Of a stretch of 64,000 bases of DNA, positions 60,776-64,000 are shown piece by piece. The number at the start of each line of letters is the position of its first letter. Position 1 is the stretch's first letter. The notes beneath the pieces were generated by a model that saw only the letters and a list, made by a program, of their open reading frames with translations, did no database searches and was not told the origin of the DNA. The DNA is from Truepera sp. (GTDB taxonomy: Bacteria; Deinococcota; Deinococci; Deinococcales; Trueperaceae), in contig CBDCKW010000009.1 in NCBI GenBank assembly GCA_965218435.1, positions 1,888,001 through 1,952,000 on the forward strand. The letters run 5' to 3'. A program made the translations under genes and the position numbers.

Positions 60776-61240
60776 TCAAACTTTTAAGGGTGGGCCTACC
60801 AGCTCCATCCCATGAGCGTGCCATAACGCTGGGTCTTGCGGCGGCATGGCGTCGTCTTTAGTCACTTCACGAAAAAACGCTTCCATCTTGCCTGCGGGAC
60901 TAAACGTGATTAGAATGCGCCCTTGACTGTTCCCAACAAACGCCCAGACGTGTGGTACCTGGCGCGGTGCAAAAAGCGAATCACCCGGACGGAGCCGGAA
61001 ACTTTTACTACCGACCTCGAGCCAAAATTCGCCTTCGAGCGCGTAGAAATACTCGTCTTGTTCCGTGTGCAGGTGCCGCGCCGGGCCGCCTTTGGCGTGA
61101 AAGATGTTTTCTAAAACTAGCAGACCGCTACTGTCTTTTGGAAGCACCTTGAAGTCGATATGGCTGACCCCGAGCCCACGGTATTCACTAAAGCAGTCTT
61201 GACCTGCTGAGATGTAAGAGGCCGCAGATAAATCGTTCAT
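60776..61240 (-). CDS. Cupin domain protein
   Basis: GP..H.H..QDE.FY.LEG, GD.LF.PR.VPH.W. Confidence 0.9.
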   Translation of the reverse strand: MNDLSAASYISAGQDCFSEYRGLGVSHIDFKVLPKDSSGLLVLENIFHAKGGPARHLHTEQDEYFYALEGEFWLEVGSKSFRLRPGDSLFAPRQVPHVWAFVGNSQGRILITFSPAGKMEAFFREVTKDDAMPPQDPALWHAHGMELVGPPLKV

Positions 61241-61302
61241 AGAGTCCTCCCCTAAAGTTATGCACCAACCGAGTAACGTTTGGATGGCTTGAGCATAGTC
61301 TT

Positions 61303-62280
61303 TTAGCGGCGTGTGGCGCTGCTTACGATTTTATCTCTGGACGTAGCACGCTCTGCACGCTCAGCGAGGGTTTGAAAAGCTTGAACGAGTTCAGGCGGGG
61401 TTTTAACCTCGAGCCCACATCCTAGATAGAGCAGCGTCACCGCAAACTCGTCTAAGTTTGTGACGCCGCAGCGTAGCCGCGTCCCGCCCCGCTCGGGTTC
61501 CAAAATCGCCCGCGCCCCTATGCGCCGCCGCACCGTTTCCGGTGGTGCGCCGAGCCACACCGAAACCTCCCACGGCGCAGGCGCAAAGGCGATACTCTCA
61601 CGGAGAAACGCGGCCATCTCAAATTCTTCAGGACGTACAAACGTTTCTTTTAGTACCGTCACAGCTTTTATGCGGTCAACCCGAAAGAGCCGCAAGTCTT
61701 GGCGTAAAAGGCAGTGACCACCTAAAAACCAGCGCCCGCTGTGCTGCATCAGGCCGTAGGGCTCTAGCTCGCGTTCACTTGCCGCTCGGCCCTGCGCCCG
61801 GTAACTCAGCCGAATCCGTTTACGAGAATGTACCGCGCTCGCCAACCGTGTCAATAAAGCGATGTCTGCTGCTGCGACCCAACCCGGACGCTCGAGCTCG
61901 AGCACCGCCCGGAGCGCCTCGACTTGTTCGCTTACCGCTTCGGGCAAGACCCGCGCTAGCTTCGCCTTGACGCTCGCCGCAGCCGGGGCCGTCTCACTGA
62001 GGCCCAAAAAAACGAGCGCGTCGAGCCCAAGGGCAACCGCGAACGCCTCTTCCGTGCCGAACATCAGCGGGGGTAAGCGAAATCCCGGTTTGAGCCGGTA
62101 ACAGCCACCCGGCCCCCGGCTGCTTGCCACCGGAATCCCCAAGTCTTGCAGCCGCGCCACATAACGCTGCACCGTCCGCACACTGACCTCCATGTGCGCT
62201 GCCAGCTCACCGCCCGACAACCGCCCGTGTGTTTGGAGCAGCTCGAGCACCGTCAGGACGCGCATTGATGGGTCATACAT
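61303..62280 (-). CDS. YafY-family HTH-WYL transcriptional regulator
   Basis: EVSVRTV.RY..RL..LG.PV...G..G.Y; WYL domain PYGL....RWFL..HC..R...R.FR.DRI. Confidence 0.92.
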   Translation of the reverse strand: MYDPSMRVLTVLELLQTHGRLSGGELAAHMEVSVRTVQRYVARLQDLGIPVASSRGPGGCYRLKPGFRLPPLMFGTEEAFAVALGLDALVFLGLSETAPAAASVKAKLARVLPEAVSEQVEALRAVLELERPGWVAAADIALLTRLASAVHSRKRIRLSYRAQGRAASERELEPYGLMQHSGRWFLGGHCLLRQDLRLFRVDRIKAVTVLKETFVRPEEFEMAAFLRESIAFAPAPWEVSVWLGAPPETVRRRIGARAILEPERGGTRLRCGVTNLDEFAVTLLYLGCGLEVKTPPELVQAFQTLAERAERATSRDKIVSSATRR

Positions 62281-62300
62281 AGAACTAGTGTGCCACAAAA

Positions 62301-62321
62301 TCCCGACAAGCTCTGACGGGA
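62301..62321. promoter_or_regulatory. Palindrome between the divergent WYL regulator and dinB-family gene
   Basis: TCCCGACA-agctc-TGACGGGA. Confidence 0.6.
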
Positions 62322-62379
62322 ACTCGCGCTAGACTTGCCTTAGAGCCGGATATAGCAAAGAAGGCTCGCGGAGGCAACC

Positions 62380-62877
62380 ATGACTAGTCAAACCGAAGCA
62401 GAAACTTTTATTACGGCAGATGCACTTTTAGCACATTGGGAAGGCCACCGCCGGTTGACACGGCGCGTTATCGAAGCCTACCCGGAAGACCAGCTCTTTT
62501 CGTTTCAACCCGCGCCGCCGATGCGGAGTTTTGGTGTCTTAGTGCTCGAGATAGACGGCATGGTCGCGCCGACGCTAAACGGCCTGGCCACCGGAACCTG
62601 GGAAGCACCCGATTGGGCCGCGCTGAAAGCACAAGCAGAGCCGACCAAAACCGAGCTGTTAAAGCTTTGGGACGATACAAGCGAGGTGCTTCGCAGCCAC
62701 TGGTCAGAGATTCCGACGAGCACCTTTCAGGAGACGCATAACGCTTTTGGGTACATGACGATGCCGGGGAATGAGCTGATTTTCTACCTTATAGATAATG
62801 AGATTCATCACCGGGGACAGGGGTACGTGTATCTGCGGCTGTTGGGGATAGAGCCGCCTGCGTTTTACGAACGGTAA
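62380..62877 (+). CDS. DinB/YfiT family protein
   Basis: HW.GHRRLT, MRSFG, IDNEIHHRGQ.YVYLR.LG.EPP. Confidence 0.9.
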   Translation: MTSQTEAETFITADALLAHWEGHRRLTRRVIEAYPEDQLFSFQPAPPMRSFGVLVLEIDGMVAPTLNGLATGTWEAPDWAALKAQAEPTKTELLKLWDDTSEVLRSHWSEIPTSTFQETHNAFGYMTMPGNELIFYLIDNEIHHRGQGYVYLRLLGIEPPAFYER

Positions 62878-62901
62878 GGCAGAAGCCGGTATCAAGCAGT
62901 A

Positions 62902-62942
62902 AGAATGCAGGAGGGTTTAGGTTATTCCGCCTTCTGTATTCT
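62902..62942. terminator. Hairpin between convergent genes (AGAATRCAGRAG family)
   Basis: agaatgcaggag...cttctgtattct pairs using G-U. Confidence 0.5.
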
Positions 62943-62953
62943 CCCTTCTCAGC

Positions 62954-64000
62954 TTATTGCCCTCCCCCGAACGGCCCCCGAAACGGCTTCAACTTCGTAT
63001 TTTTGTCCGTCTTGCCGTAAGGGTAGCGGTCGTAGTTGGTCAGCTCAACGTAACCGACGCCCGGTCTCGAGCCCTCGACCTCAACCGAGCCCTCCCAATA
63101 GACGATGCCGGTTGACGCCCGCGTATCCATCTCTTGTGCGGGAAAGTCGGGCGTTACGGTGACGTCAACGCCGTTTTTAGGTACCTGGACGCGCCACTGC
63201 ATAGGGTAAACCCCACCCGTCGCCGGACTCGTCCAAGTTTTGCCGGTCGGTATCAAGGTGATATCTTTGGCCGCTAAATGGAGCGTCTGTCCGTCACGGT
63301 TGACGAAGCTCCCGGCCTGCGTCAGATAGGTGCCGTCAGCGGCGCGGATGAAGTAGAGCATCAGCTCGGTCTGGTCGGCAAACTGCACGCTGAACCAGTC
63401 CCATCCCGCGTAGCTCGAGACGTTAAAGTTACCCCACTGGTGGTCGTGCCACATCTCTCCTGTAACCTTGAGCGTTTGGCAACCCAAGTCCAAAAAGCCG
63501 CAGTTTTTAGAGAGTGTCCCCGTGACCTTCATCCGCGTGTACGACACGTAATAGCTCGTCCCACCCGGTCCCATAGACTGAATTCCCGGCGGGTTGCCGT
63601 GCAAAGCGGCGGGTTTTTCCGGCGTCAGGGTGAGGTCAACTTTGTACCCGTCTTGTGACGCTTGGAGGTGATGGCTCACGCCGTCGTCGGCACGCTCGGC
63701 GGACCAGTTGGCGACGCGCACGCCGAGGTCATCTTTGGACGATTCGCCGGTATACGCCCAAAAATCGGTACGCTCCCCCATCGTAAAGGTTTTGGTGTCA
63801 AGATCGCTGATGGCGAAGTGGCCGACGTAGCCGCGGTCTACGGTATCAGACACCGGATAGACGCCGAAAAGTTTAATCGAAGGCGGGATAAACGCTTTGA
63901 AAAAGGTCAGCTCGAGCCCCAGCTTCTCCCCTGTTTCGGTCCGCAGATGCCCGGTGTAGTACCACCATTCGATGGGCGCGTCGTGCGCCGCGTCGTCTTT
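62954..64000 (-). CDS. Lipocalin-like / AttH (CrtC-like) secreted hydrolase, 5' end outside window
   Basis: EWWYYTGHL, W.DHQWG, GWDWFS.Q, YP..W, QE......YWEG, GYVELT; frame open to the window edge. Confidence 0.85.
   Translation of the reverse strand, partial: KDDAAHDAPIEWWYYTGHLRTETGEKLGLELTFFKAFIPPSIKLFGVYPVSDTVDRGYVGHFAISDLDTKTFTMGERTDFWAYTGESSKDDLGVRVANWSAERADDGVSHHLQASQDGYKVDLTLTPEKPAALHGNPPGIQSMGPGGTSYYVSYTRMKVTGTLSKNCGFLDLGCQTLKVTGEMWHDHQWGNFNVSSYAGWDWFSVQFADQTELMLYFIRAADGTYLTQAGSFVNRDGQTLHLAAKDITLIPTGKTWTSPATGGVYPMQWRVQVPKNGVDVTVTPDFPAQEMDTRASTGIVYWEGSVEVEGSRPGVGYVELTNYDRYPYGKTDKNTKLKPFRGPFGGGQ

Noticed and set aside
220..63658. Numerous long antisense or alternate-frame ORFs in the track (e.g. 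1782..2513, 12403..13071, 33485..34351, 36667..37356)
   Set aside because: Shadow ORFs of GC-rich genes, with no recognisable motifs or translation signals.

Overview
A 64-kb chromosomal window from a Deinococcota bacterium, most like Truepera/Trueperaceae. The assignment is inferred from protein content, DnaE and topoisomerase IB types, and many leaderless-type promoters. Most of it is core genome: alaS-HAD-yqgF-mltG-ABC permease, traB-recX, tRNA-Pro, a sulfur/siroheme cluster (cysI-cysH opposite a decayed nirB'/nirD-hemD and cobA-sirB), sucA-sucB...lpdA, dnaJ, a caa3-type oxidase operon running into gluconate-2-dehydrogenase-like subunits, csp, tRNA-Ser, pfkA, dnaE, an HTH-PIN TA pair, mnmH-selD, pilT, topoisomerase IB and WYL-DinB. 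A ~2.9-kb accessory patch between sucB and lpdA holds an intact IS4-family element (17-bp IRs, 9-bp TSD), a dead IS200 and an AT-rich gene. Best candidates for new biology: (1) that AT-rich gene is broken by an exact 37-bp duplication around a foreign 36-bp GC-rich insert, the geometry of an off-target Cas1-Cas2 spacer integration; (2) the palindrome CTCGAG is highly iterated (about 129 by eye) in host DNA but absent from most of the accessory patch; (3) an operator TACTTGA-N9-TCAACTA is shared by the cysI and cobA promoters, and a leaderless uORF crosses a terminator in the cysI leader. All calls were made by reading the sequence; no searches were run.
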